The position numbers and the translations under genes were made by a program. A DNA stretch of 29,986 nucleotides. Origin: Promethearchaeota archaeon (GTDB lineage Archaea > Asgardarchaeota > Lokiarchaeia > Sigyniarchaeales > SOKP01). Positions 9,037-18,152 of this stretch are shown here, one piece after another. How positions within the stretch are numbered: the first letter of the stretch is position 1; each line of letters opens with the position of its first letter. Under the pieces are notes generated by a model, which saw nothing but the letters and a program-made list of their open reading frames with translations, was not told the origin of the DNA and searched no databases. Location: positions 1 to 29,986 of the forward strand of contig RDOA01000001.1 of the NCBI GenBank assembly GCA_011364925.1, written 5' to 3'.

Positions 9037-11436
9037 TTGAAAGTCGGCTTGTTCATTTGTGATTGTGGGAAAAATATTAGTGGAGTAATTGACAACAACA
9101 AATTAATAGAATACTTTAGGGAATTTCCAGATGTTCATGTTATAAGAGATCAATACCTATGCGCAGAATTAGGTCTAAACAAAATTACTGACGAGATTGT
9201 TGAAAATAAGATTGATCGCGTTGTTATTGCCGCGTGTTCGTTTAAATTGCATGGGCTTTTGTTTAGAAAAACTATTGAAAAAGCGGGAATCAATCGATTT
9301 TTAATTTCATTTGCGAATATAAGAGAACAAAATTCTTGGGTGCATGATGACGATCCAGAGAAAGCAACGATTAAAGCGATCGATCAAATTAATATGGCTA
9401 TTGAACAAGTGAAACTCCTCGAACCTTTAGAGGTTAAACACGCTGATGTAAATCCTGCTACATTGATTATAGGAGGAGGAATTGCCGGGATAAAAGCGTC
9501 GTTAGTCATTGCCGATGCGGGATACAAAGTATATTTAGTAGAAAAAGATTTGACTATTGGGGGTCATATGGCTCTATTTGATAAGACATTTCCTACTTTG
9601 GATTGCTCAATTTGCATTCTTGGACCACTAATGTTAGAAGTTAAGGATCATCCTAATATTGAGTTACTCACATATAGTGAACTCGAGAGTGTAGATGGTT
9701 TCGTTGGAAACTTTAGTGTCAGAGTTAAGAAAAAGCCCCGTTTTGTAAACGAAGAAACTTGTATAGGTTGTTTTAATCTATGTCGAGATGTGTGCCCTAT
9801 TGAAGTCGAAGACACTTTTTTTCCGCGAAAAGCTATTGATGTAGTGTATCCTCAAGCTATACCTCTTTTTCCCAATATCTTAGAAGATTATTGTATTGGG
9901 TGCAAAGCTTGTGCTCAGGCGTGCGACCGGGATGCAATCGATTTTGAGCAAGAAGCAAAAATAATTGAGTTTAAAGTGGGCACTATCATAGCTGCGACTG
10001 GATTTAAAACGTTCAATCCTAGTTTATTGGGTGAATTTAGCTATCAAAGATATGTAGATGTCATTACAACCATGCAAATGGAGAGATTATTAAATAACGA
10101 CGGTCCTACGCATGGAAAAGTAGTAAGACCTTCTAATGGAGAGAAACCTAAAAGAGTATCGTTTGTTTTATGCGTTGGATCAAGAAATAAAGCAATCCAT
10201 CACGATTATTGTAGTCAAGTGTGCTGTAATGTGTCAATAAAACAAGCGGTATTGTTAAAAAAAGAAGATCCTCAAATAGAAATCAATATCTATTATAATG
10301 ATGTGCGAGCTATAGGGAAAAATTGCGAAGAATTTTATAACCGTGCTCAAGATACTTTTGGAATAAGATTTATCAAAAGTAATATATCAGCGATTCTCAA
10401 GGACGACCTTTCTCAAACTGGTGAACTATTAATTAGAGGAGAGGATGTTATCGAAGACCGAATTTTTGAAAATAAAGCGGACATCGTAGTTTTAGCGATT
10501 GGTATTGAACCTGCAGAGAATACAGAAGATCTTAGTCAATTGTTAAACATTTCCCAAGATCCTTACGGCTTTTTACTGGAAAAGCATTTAAAGATTAAAC
10601 CTTCTGAAACATCAGTAAGTGGCATCTATCTCGCAGGAGCTATCCAAGGACCAAAAGACATCCCAAACAGTATTGCGCACGCAGAAAGCGCTGCTGCTAA
10701 AGCGATTTCTTTAATGTCAAAGAAAGTCGTTGAGCTAGATCCTTTGGTAGTCCAGTTCAATCCCGATGAATGCGATATGTGCAGATTATGCGAAAATATA
10801 TGCATTTACAACGCTTTAGAAATTAAAGGAGATACCTTAAATATTACTCAAGCAAATTGTACCGGCTGCGGTGCTTGTGCTGCGATGTGTCATACTGACG
10901 CACTTTCAATACCTGGATTTACTAAAAAGCAAATAAGTGCTCAGCTTCAAGCAATACTTAAACAGAAAAAAGAATTCCCTTTAATTGTTTCGTTTTTATG
11001 TAATTGGTGCTCTTATATGGGAGCAGACTTAGCTGGTACGAGTAAATTAAATTACCCTAGCAATGTAAGATCGATTCACGTAATGTGCACTGCCATGTTA
11101 AATCCTTCTTTAGTGTTTGAAGCCTTCTTTAATGGAGCGGATGGCGTGTTAATTGCGGGGTGTCACCCCCAGGATTGCCACTACGACACTGGTTTTATGA
11201 AAGCTACTAATAGATTTGAAAGTATTAGAGAGATGCTCGGCGAAACTGGAATTAATGTAAATCGTGTTAAAATAGAGAGTATTTCTGCTGGTGAAGGAGA
11301 GAAATTTGCGCAAGTAATTTCAGAATTTAAGTCTGAACTTTTAGAACTTGGCCCAATTAAACCGGGAGAATTCGTAAAAGCATCCACAACAAAGAAAGGA
11401 ACGAAGAAAAAGAAAGCAAAATTAAACGAATTTTAA
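9037..11436 (+). CDS. hdrA: Heterodisulfide reductase subunit A fused to C-terminal MvhD ([2Fe-2S]) domain
   Basis: N-terminal 'VGLFICDCG', 'ANIREQNSWVH', FAD motif 'IGGGIAG', 'KTFPTLDCSICIL', ferredoxin CxxCxxC motifs, 'CVGSR...YCSQVCC'. C-terminal MvhD motifs 'FLCNWCSYMGADLAG' and 'GADGVLIAGCHPQDCHY'. TTG start with upstream GAGGT. Confidence 0.93.
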   Translation: MKVGLFICDCGKNISGVIDNNKLIEYFREFPDVHVIRDQYLCAELGLNKITDEIVENKIDRVVIAACSFKLHGLLFRKTIEKAGINRFLISFANIREQNSWVHDDDPEKATIKAIDQINMAIEQVKLLEPLEVKHADVNPATLIIGGGIAGIKASLVIADAGYKVYLVEKDLTIGGHMALFDKTFPTLDCSICILGPLMLEVKDHPNIELLTYSELESVDGFVGNFSVRVKKKPRFVNEETCIGCFNLCRDVCPIEVEDTFFPRKAIDVVYPQAIPLFPNILEDYCIGCKACAQACDRDAIDFEQEAKIIEFKVGTIIAATGFKTFNPSLLGEFSYQRYVDVITTMQMERLLNNDGPTHGKVVRPSNGEKPKRVSFVLCVGSRNKAIHHDYCSQVCCNVSIKQAVLLKKEDPQIEINIYYNDVRAIGKNCEEFYNRAQDTFGIRFIKSNISAILKDDLSQTGELLIRGEDVIEDRIFENKADIVVLAIGIEPAENTEDLSQLLNISQDPYGFLLEKHLKIKPSETSVSGIYLAGAIQGPKDIPNSIAHAESAAAKAISLMSKKVVELDPLVVQFNPDECDMCRLCENICIYNALEIKGDTLNITQANCTGCGACAAMCHTDALSIPGFTKKQISAQLQAILKQKKEFPLIVSFLCNWCSYMGADLAGTSKLNYPSNVRSIHVMCTAMLNPSLVFEAFFNGADGVLIAGCHPQDCHYDTGFMKATNRFESIREMLGETGINVNRVKIESISAGEGEKFAQVISEFKSELLELGPIKPGEFVKASTTKKGTKKKKAKLNEF

Positions 11437-11506
11437 AGAACTATAAGGATTTTATAGCTGTTTTTCTTTTCTAGATTAATAACCTTGAATCCTTTAATGA
11501 GTAATT

Positions 11507-12790
11507 ATGAAAGTTAGGGCAATTACAGTTGGTCTGAAGATTCCATATTTAACAGAAGATAAGGAGCTCGAGAATTATATGGAACAAAATCTTCAGAGAT
11601 TTTATTCGCTCAATAATGATCTCGTTCAAAATCTCAACAATCTAGGAATTGAAGTGCAAACCAAACGATTATGCTCCCAACCGATTTTAACTTACGATCA
11701 ACAACTTTACTCGAGAAATTTGAATGAGACGTTAATAAAGATACATAAACAGTTAGAAATCTTAGAAAATATTCTAAAAACATATGAATTTGATTATTTC
11801 GCTTCTTGTGCTGTTATTGCAGACGAACAGATTCAAAAATATGGGATTTACGAAAAATTACTTTTAAACGAGATTCCCGCGTTTATAAAGAGAAGAGATA
11901 AATTTTTCACATCTGTACATGTAGCTTCAAGAGAAAACGGTATTAATCTTTCTGCACTTCGCTCCTGTGCTAAAATAGTAAAAGAATTATCTCAACCAGA
12001 CCCTTTTCAAAACCTAAATTTCTGCGTGAGCACAAATGTTCCTCCCGATACACCCTTCTTCCCAGCTGCGTATCACTTGTCAGAGGAACCTTCGTTCGGG
12101 CTAGCATTAGAAATGGCTGACGAAGTCGTTAAGGTGTTCGAAAGCACAGATAGTTTCAAAAAAGCGCAAGAGCGATTAATTGTCAGGTTTAAAGAAATAT
12201 ACGACACACTCGCAAATCTCTGTGAAGAAATCGCCACAAAAAACGGAATTCGATTCAATGGTATTGATTTTTCTCCAGCACCGTATCCATCCCCTGAAAA
12301 AAGCATTGGAACTGCGTTTGAGAAGCTCAATTTCGAGTATTTTGGAGCACCTGGATCGCTTTTAGGTGTAGCGCTGATAAAAAGTGCCATACCCAAACAA
12401 AATAAAGTAATAGGATTTTCCGGTTTTATGCCGTCTGTTCTCGAGGATTTTACCATAGCGAATAGTTTATCAGAAAATAGATTTAATTTAGATACATTAC
12501 TGCTGTATGCAACCATTTGTGGCACAGGTTTAGATTGCGTTCCTTTACCAGGTAATGTTACAGAAAGAGAACTGTTCTATATTTTACTAGATCTTTGTAC
12601 AATATCTTTGAGATTGAATAAACCGCTTACTGCTAGGCTAATGCCTATCCCTGAACGAAGCGCGGGGGATCCAGTTAATTTTGATTTTGAGTATTTTGCC
12701 CCCTCTAAAGTTATGGAAATTCGAAGATTATCGGATACAAGTGAAAACGATTTGTTTTCGAGTAAAGAAAAGAGTATTACATTCCTATAA
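11507..12790 (+). CDS. DUF711 / UPF0210 family protein (PFL-like fold)
   Basis: 'KVRAITVG', 'PFFPAAYH', 'GIDFSPAP', 'GFSGFMPSVLED', 'ICGTGLDCVPLPG', 'KPLTARLMP'. Confidence 0.85.
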   Translation: MKVRAITVGLKIPYLTEDKELENYMEQNLQRFYSLNNDLVQNLNNLGIEVQTKRLCSQPILTYDQQLYSRNLNETLIKIHKQLEILENILKTYEFDYFASCAVIADEQIQKYGIYEKLLLNEIPAFIKRRDKFFTSVHVASRENGINLSALRSCAKIVKELSQPDPFQNLNFCVSTNVPPDTPFFPAAYHLSEEPSFGLALEMADEVVKVFESTDSFKKAQERLIVRFKEIYDTLANLCEEIATKNGIRFNGIDFSPAPYPSPEKSIGTAFEKLNFEYFGAPGSLLGVALIKSAIPKQNKVIGFSGFMPSVLEDFTIANSLSENRFNLDTLLLYATICGTGLDCVPLPGNVTERELFYILLDLCTISLRLNKPLTARLMPIPERSAGDPVNFDFEYFAPSKVMEIRRLSDTSENDLFSSKEKSITFL

Positions 12791-12818
12791 ATTATTATAT
12801 AATTTTGGCAAAAAAAGA

Positions 12819-13157
12819 TTATTCTAAATACTCGATTACTTTTCCACTTTGAGTTATTTCGTAGAAAATCTCATTATTGATTTCGTCTGCAATAGAACTA
12901 ATACAAAATGCTTTGATTAAATAATCGATATTGTAGAGTAGTTGGTTTTCGTCTTGTACTATATTTCTTTCTACCAAAAGAGTAAGTAACTCTTTTTTTG
13001 ATATTTTCTTCTTTTGATTTACTATCTCCAGTATTTCTCTTCTTACTGGATGGTTTACTGCTTTTAAATAAAGACTGTGCAAATATTTTGACCCTTCTAA
13101 TGTTTGACTATATTCTTCCATTGATTTATAGTTTTTAAAATCGAATTCATCTGGCAT
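12819..13157 (-). CDS. Small winged helix-turn-helix protein (ArsR-like), putative regulator
   Basis: 'KAVNHPVRREILEIV' ArsR-type first helices; wing 'FYEITQSGK'. Confidence 0.65.
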   Translation of the reverse strand: MPDEFDFKNYKSMEEYSQTLEGSKYLHSLYLKAVNHPVRREILEIVNQKKKISKKELLTLLVERNIVQDENQLLYNIDYLIKAFCISSIADEINNEIFYEITQSGKVIEYLE

Positions 13158-13295
13158 AAGATCTTTAAAGGGAGAAGAAATTAAAATTTTATTAATTGGT
13201 GGTTATAATCGGCGTTTTTAAAGGATAAGTTAAAATTTTAAAAGAAAAATATTATATATTAGGACTCCTATTTCTTTTTTAAAAATTACGGTGAA

Positions 13296-14363
13296 ATGAA
13301 AATGAATTTTGAAGAAATTAAAAAATTACTTGGTGAAGATGCTAATACTCTATTAAATCACACATGTACCGGTATACCAAAAGAAATGATCCACGCCCCT
13401 GGTCCAGACTATTTAGAAAGAGTTTGGGAACATTCTGATCGAAACAATCTTGTCTTAAATAATATGGAGCGTTTTTTCAACCAGCGTGGTAGATTAGCAG
13501 GTACTGGTTACTTGTCTATCCTTCCAGTGGATCAAGGAATTGAACACTCTGCATCGGCTAGTTTTGCAGTTAATCCACGATATTTTGATCCAGAGAATAT
13601 AATTAAGCTCGCAATAGATGGCGGATGTAACGGTGTTGCATCTACATTAGGTGTCTTAGGTTCTATTAGCAGAAAATATGCCCGTAAAATCCCATTTATT
13701 GTAAAGTTGAACCATAACGAATTACTTACAAAACCAGAACTATCTGATCAAACAATGTTCGCCAGCGTAGATCAAGCGTGGGACATGGGAGCTGCGGCCG
13801 TTGGTTCAACAATATATTTTGGATCCCCTGAATCAAGAAGACAGATACAAGAAACATCAGAAGCGTTTAAATACGCCCACGAACTTGGCTTGGTGTGCGT
13901 TTTGTGGACATATCTTAGAAATAAAGAAGAATTCATAAAAGACGGAAAGGATTATCACACGGCTAACGATTTAGAAAGCCAAGCTAATTATCTTGGCGCT
14001 ACTATTGAAGCTGACATCATAAAGCAAAAACTTTCTACTTTAAATCGCGGATTCTTAGATTTAGGGTTCGGAAAAACGGATAAATTGGTCTACGAAAAAC
14101 TCGCGACAGACCACCCTATTGAATGGAATCGCTATCAAGTAGCTAATTGTTATATGGGCCGCGTTGGATTAATTAACTCTGGTGGGGAAGCAGGAGGAAA
14201 CGATCTTGCCGACGCTGTGAAGGCAGCAGTTATTAATAAACGCTCAGGTGGTACGGGTCTTATACTCGGGAGAAAAGCGTTCAAGAAACCAACGCCTGAA
14301 GGGATAAAAATCATTAATGCAGTTCAGGATGTCTATCTAGCAAAAGAAATAACGCTCGCTTAA
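13296..14363 (+). CDS. fbaB: Class I fructose-bisphosphate aldolase (FbaB/DhnA type)
   Basis: '[22 protein letters not shown]', 'YFDPENII', Schiff-base Lys region 'ADIIKQK', 'GLINSGG', '[19 protein letters not shown]'; strongly resembles bacterial FbaB. Confidence 0.93.
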   Translation: MKMNFEEIKKLLGEDANTLLNHTCTGIPKEMIHAPGPDYLERVWEHSDRNNLVLNNMERFFNQRGRLAGTGYLSILPVDQGIEHSASASFAVNPRYFDPENIIKLAIDGGCNGVASTLGVLGSISRKYARKIPFIVKLNHNELLTKPELSDQTMFASVDQAWDMGAAAVGSTIYFGSPESRRQIQETSEAFKYAHELGLVCVLWTYLRNKEEFIKDGKDYHTANDLESQANYLGATIEADIIKQKLSTLNRGFLDLGFGKTDKLVYEKLATDHPIEWNRYQVANCYMGRVGLINSGGEAGGNDLADAVKAAVINKRSGGTGLILGRKAFKKPTPEGIKIINAVQDVYLAKEITLA

Positions 14364-14510
14364 ATTTGACTTCATTTTTTTTCAATTTTTAATAAAACAA
14401 AATATTTAAGTTACAAAAATTGGTCTCCACAACATTAAATAGACTTTAATTCTATATTATTCATAAGTTAAAAGCAGTTTCGATTGAATTATAAAACTAA
14501 AGTAAATAAA

Positions 14511-15209
14511 ATGGGAAACGATAAATATAATCCAAATCCGGGTAATAATCCTTATAGGGTAACTAGGGAGCCAGAAAGAAATTCAAATCCAAATAGTTAT
14601 GGGCATTCTTCTATAGATTTCGATAATCAACGCATATGCCCCGCGTGTGGTAAAGTAATTAAGATTAGTCATAACTTCTGTAAATTCTGTGGCGTAGATT
14701 TAAGTGCAATACCACCTTTGGGATACTCTGATAGGACTCTAAAACAATTAGCTGTTACTGCATTAACAGATCCTGACCCTGGCGTAAGAAAAGATGCTGT
14801 CGAGACATTAGGCGATTTAGGAGAAAACGATGTTTTAGGCGTCTTTGCTTATATTTTACTTAATGACTCTGATGAAGAAGTTCGAAGAGAAGCAGCGGAT
14901 GAGCTAGCTGACTTTCACCATCCCCATTCTCTTGATGTTTTAGCAAAAGCCTTAAAGGATCGCAGTCCAATTGTTCGCAAGGAAGCGATAGAAGGTCTGA
15001 AAAGAATAAAGAAAAAAAACAAACCAGAGAAGAGAGAGGACATCGTTAAAAAAGAAGACAAAGAAGAGGAAAAAGAAGTATCTGAGGTTGTGAAATCAGA
15101 GCCAAAAGTAATAGAATTTACTGAAGAAACAGAAGAGGAAGCAGAAGATACAACCGAAGATGAGGACGACGAAGATTTATTTGAAGAAACCGACAAGGAA
15201 GAATATTAA
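14511..15209 (+). CDS. Zinc-ribbon + HEAT (PBS-lyase-like) repeat protein with acidic C-terminal tail
   Basis: 'CPACG...FCKFCG'; three HEAT repeats (DPDPGVRKDAVETLG, DSDEEVRREAADELA, DRSPIVRKEAIEGL); D/E-rich tail. ATG 14511 preferred over TTG 14484. Confidence 0.85.
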   Translation: MGNDKYNPNPGNNPYRVTREPERNSNPNSYGHSSIDFDNQRICPACGKVIKISHNFCKFCGVDLSAIPPLGYSDRTLKQLAVTALTDPDPGVRKDAVETLGDLGENDVLGVFAYILLNDSDEEVRREAADELADFHHPHSLDVLAKALKDRSPIVRKEAIEGLKRIKKKNKPEKREDIVKKEDKEEEKEVSEVVKSEPKVIEFTEETEEEAEDTTEDEDDEDLFEETDKEEY

Positions 15210-15251
15210 ATATAATCCTCCGACTTTTTAATAAACGTACAAAGAAATGGC

Positions 15252-16160
15252 TTAATCGTTATCACTTGGAATTTTTGGTAGGTTTCTGTTCGGTGAAGAA
15301 GAATTATTATTATCTTCCACCTTTCCAGCTTTTTCTCCTTTTTTAAGTACTTCTACGGCTTCAATGATTCCTTTTTTATCATTAAAATAAACTCTAAAGA
15401 TATTATTATTTAACTCCATTACGCCTTTAGGAAGTTTTGTCACCTCTTCCCACACTATTTCTTTAACATTTTCACCTAACACATCAGTTACTTTTAAGAC
15501 GGCACCATATAATTTATGACCAAGAATTAGGTTTTGGCGCTCTAAATTTTCGGGAACGCTAATCCTTAATATTTTTTCTTTAATATTTTCCTTGTCCTCA
15601 TCTGATAATTCTTTTATGTTCTCTATTTTGGATTTCTTTTTTGCAACTGGTGTTCCTAGAGCAAATGTTGAAATAACTACATCATCAGTTGACTTTGTTA
15701 ATCCTAGACTATAATATTCTTTATTATCTTTTTGTACGCTTGCTTTTTGTTCTTTTTTATGCCGTTCTAATTCTATAAGGCGATCGCGTTCAATATTTCT
15801 TACATATCGCATATCTGGAAGTCTTTCTGTTACTTCCATCGATTCCAACATAAAAGCGTTCAAGAATTCTTGAAGCTCGTCTCCTTGATCTATAGAGATT
15901 ATTTTGCATCTATGATATCGAGCGTCTTGAGTCAAGTCTCGTTGCAAATCTTGCGCAACTCGAGAGCTTATAAATCTTTTCCTTACGGGAGATTTCGAAC
16001 CTTTCCAAATGTATATTCTTCTGAGGTCTTCTCTTATAATTATTAACACTTGTTCAGGATTCAAATAACTTTGAAGTTCTTCGGGGCGAATATTTAGCTT
16101 AGTACGTTCTCCAGTGTCTTCAAGGTCATATACTATGAATTCCTCGTAGGTTTCAGTCAA
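15252..16160 (-). CDS. Gelsolin-domain protein (single gelsolin domain plus uncharacterised C-terminal domain; 1DGelX-like)
   Basis: 'LNPEQVLIIIREDLRRIYIWKGSKSPVRKRFISSRVAQDL...KIISIDQGDELQEFLNAF' matches the gelsolin repeat pattern (LnsxdvfIld...IyxWxGxxs...r..A..........eGxE...F). Confidence 0.8.
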   Translation of the reverse strand: MTETYEEFIVYDLEDTGERTKLNIRPEELQSYLNPEQVLIIIREDLRRIYIWKGSKSPVRKRFISSRVAQDLQRDLTQDARYHRCKIISIDQGDELQEFLNAFMLESMEVTERLPDMRYVRNIERDRLIELERHKKEQKASVQKDNKEYYSLGLTKSTDDVVISTFALGTPVAKKKSKIENIKELSDEDKENIKEKILRISVPENLERQNLILGHKLYGAVLKVTDVLGENVKEIVWEEVTKLPKGVMELNNNIFRVYFNDKKGIIEAVEVLKKGEKAGKVEDNNNSSSPNRNLPKIPSDND

Positions 16161-16385
16161 TTTTCCACTCCCTTTTACGTTTGAATTGAATATAGCGACT
16201 TAATATTTACTTAATGTCTATTAAACAAAATAGTCTTTTACCCAAATATAAAATTTCCATAATAAAAATCTATTCAAAAACTAAGACAAAGATACTATTT
16301 TCAAATTAAATTGATGCTCCTCAAATAACAATAGAATAAACAAAGCTGAAAAAGAAATTGAAAACCATGTCTTTAAATAATTTTA

Positions 16386-17180
16386 TTAAAATCTGCGACG
16401 GGGACCACCAAATGGACCTGGAAACCTTCCACGACGGATAGGACCTCCTATCATTGGACCCACTCCCTGAGTATCGTGCATTACGTTATCAATGGATAGG
16501 ACAAATCCTACTAAAATCCTTCTATCAGTCTCATTATCTAAAATACGGAGCGCGTACCGATCTGCGTAATCAAAAATCCCTCCTAAGAATATATCTCTCC
16601 ACCGATCAGCTTTTTCTATCTCTGCTACTAATTTTCCCGTCGATATGTCAAAGACTTTGAATGACCAACCAAAGAAGTCTCCATCTGCCTCATACCATCG
16701 ATTTCCCATAGGATCTTCCAGAAAAAACTTTGATCTGAAAAAGGTTAAAATTTTCTTTTTGATACGCGCAATTAACTGTCCATCTGGAGTCTTTAAATCT
16801 TGAGCACCTCGCGCAGAGACTATCTTACTGTGAATCGTAGCTACAACTGTACCATCTAATTCTTGAAGTTCGACTCGTCTTCTTATACTAAATATTATCC
16901 GATTCATTCTTCCAATTAACTTTCCTTTTTCGTCCATAATATCGCCATATCCAAGATCCCAAGCGCGTTCATGAATCACATAATAGGTTCTACTAAGGTC
17001 AAACAAACTAGCTCCATCTGAAGGAGTTTGCGCTGGTTTCGAAGGAGCGACCGTATTTTCCTCACTCTTCTTTTTTTTTTCAACCAAGGGTAATTCGGTA
17101 CCACATTTTTCGCAAAACTTTTGATCTTCGCTTGTATAGGCTCCACAATTCGGGCAATTCATAAAATCAACTTTTTCCAT
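16386..17180 (-). CDS. Zinc-ribbon + LURP-one/Tubby-C/scramblase-like domain protein
   Basis: N-terminal 'CPNCG...FCEKCG'; repeated beta-hairpin units 'IMDEKGKLIG', 'LQELDGTVVA', 'LKTPDGQLIARIKKK', 'GDFFGWSFKV...GKLVAEIEK', 'DRYALRI', and terminal helix 'LVGFVLSIDNV'. Confidence 0.8.
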   Translation of the reverse strand: MEKVDFMNCPNCGAYTSEDQKFCEKCGTELPLVEKKKKSEENTVAPSKPAQTPSDGASLFDLSRTYYVIHERAWDLGYGDIMDEKGKLIGRMNRIIFSIRRRVELQELDGTVVATIHSKIVSARGAQDLKTPDGQLIARIKKKILTFFRSKFFLEDPMGNRWYEADGDFFGWSFKVFDISTGKLVAEIEKADRWRDIFLGGIFDYADRYALRILDNETDRRILVGFVLSIDNVMHDTQGVGPMIGGPIRRGRFPGPFGGPRRRF

Positions 17181-17325
17181 TTTACAATTTAATTATGATT
17201 TAATCACTATTAGTAAAATTAATCTAATAAATATAAGGATAGCTATGAAATTCTACACTAATTTAAAGAAATGTTTTAATTAAACTAAGGTTTTAATAAT
17301 ACTATATAAAAGAAAAAGGAATTAT

Positions 17326-18114
17326 ATGTCAGATAAATCTACTATACCACGTTTGTTAAAATTAAAAGACTATGTTACGCTTTTAGGAACAACAATCGGG
17401 ATAATCGCGTTGATTTGCGGTTCGTTTGGGCACCGAGACGCAATATCATTAGGTTTTTTCTTAATCTCGATCACATTAGGGACCGATTTAATTGATGGAT
17501 ATATTGCGAGAAAGACGAAAACAGTAAATGAAATGGGTAAAGAACTTGATTCTTTAAGCGATTCATTAACTTTTGGGATAGTACCTGCCATATTATCTTT
17601 CTTAGCGTTTAAAACAGGCACCTTTTACGATTTCATACTCGGAATCGGATGCGTATGCTTTGCGCTTGGTGCGATTTTAAGGTTAGCTAGATTTAACATT
17701 TTAGCAAACCCGGGCTATACAGGAGTACCCACACCTGTAAGTTGTCTATTAGTAATCAATTTCTTCTATACAAATTACTTTTATGCGCTTGCAAATGGTG
17801 GTTGGAGCGTCCCTTTTTTAGATATTGCCTATTATGTAGCACCGTTTTTCTTAATCACTCTAGGTTGGTTGAACATTACTACTTATATTAAGTTTAGTGA
17901 AAAAGGGAAAGTTGTATATGTTATGTTCATAATTCTTGCCCCTCTAGCCCCTATATTTGGTATAACTGGCATTTTAAACCCAAGTCCTATCGTAGCGATC
18001 ACAATTTCAATAGTATTTTTATCGTTTCTTATATTGATATTCGGCTGGGTGGCAACACACTCTTTTATACTTAGTCTATTAAAAAAAAAAAAGAATGGCA
18101 ACGAAAAAGAGTAG
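17326..18114 (+). CDS. CDP-alcohol phosphatidyltransferase, PssA-like (archaetidylserine/phosphatidylserine synthase-like)
   Basis: Family signature 'DLIDGYIARKTKTVNEMGKELDSLSD'; PssA-type 'LRLARFN' and 'YTGVPTP'. Confidence 0.85.
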   Translation: MSDKSTIPRLLKLKDYVTLLGTTIGIIALICGSFGHRDAISLGFFLISITLGTDLIDGYIARKTKTVNEMGKELDSLSDSLTFGIVPAILSFLAFKTGTFYDFILGIGCVCFALGAILRLARFNILANPGYTGVPTPVSCLLVINFFYTNYFYALANGGWSVPFLDIAYYVAPFFLITLGWLNITTYIKFSEKGKVVYVMFIILAPLAPIFGITGILNPSPIVAITISIVFLSFLILIFGWVATHSFILSLLKKKKNGNEKE

Positions 18115-18152
18115 ATTTAAACGTTTAATTCAAAAAGGGATGAATCTAAAAT

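Noticed and set aside
9037-11436. Possible selenoprotein (HdrA/MvhD can contain Sec in Lokiarchaeia and Methanococcales)
   Set aside because: The ORF is uninterrupted, all expected ligand positions are Cys codons, and no in-frame TGA needs recoding.
14915-15196. Ser-rich 93-aa antisense ORF
   Set aside because: It is a shadow of the GAA/GAT-rich acidic tail of the HEAT protein on the opposite strand.
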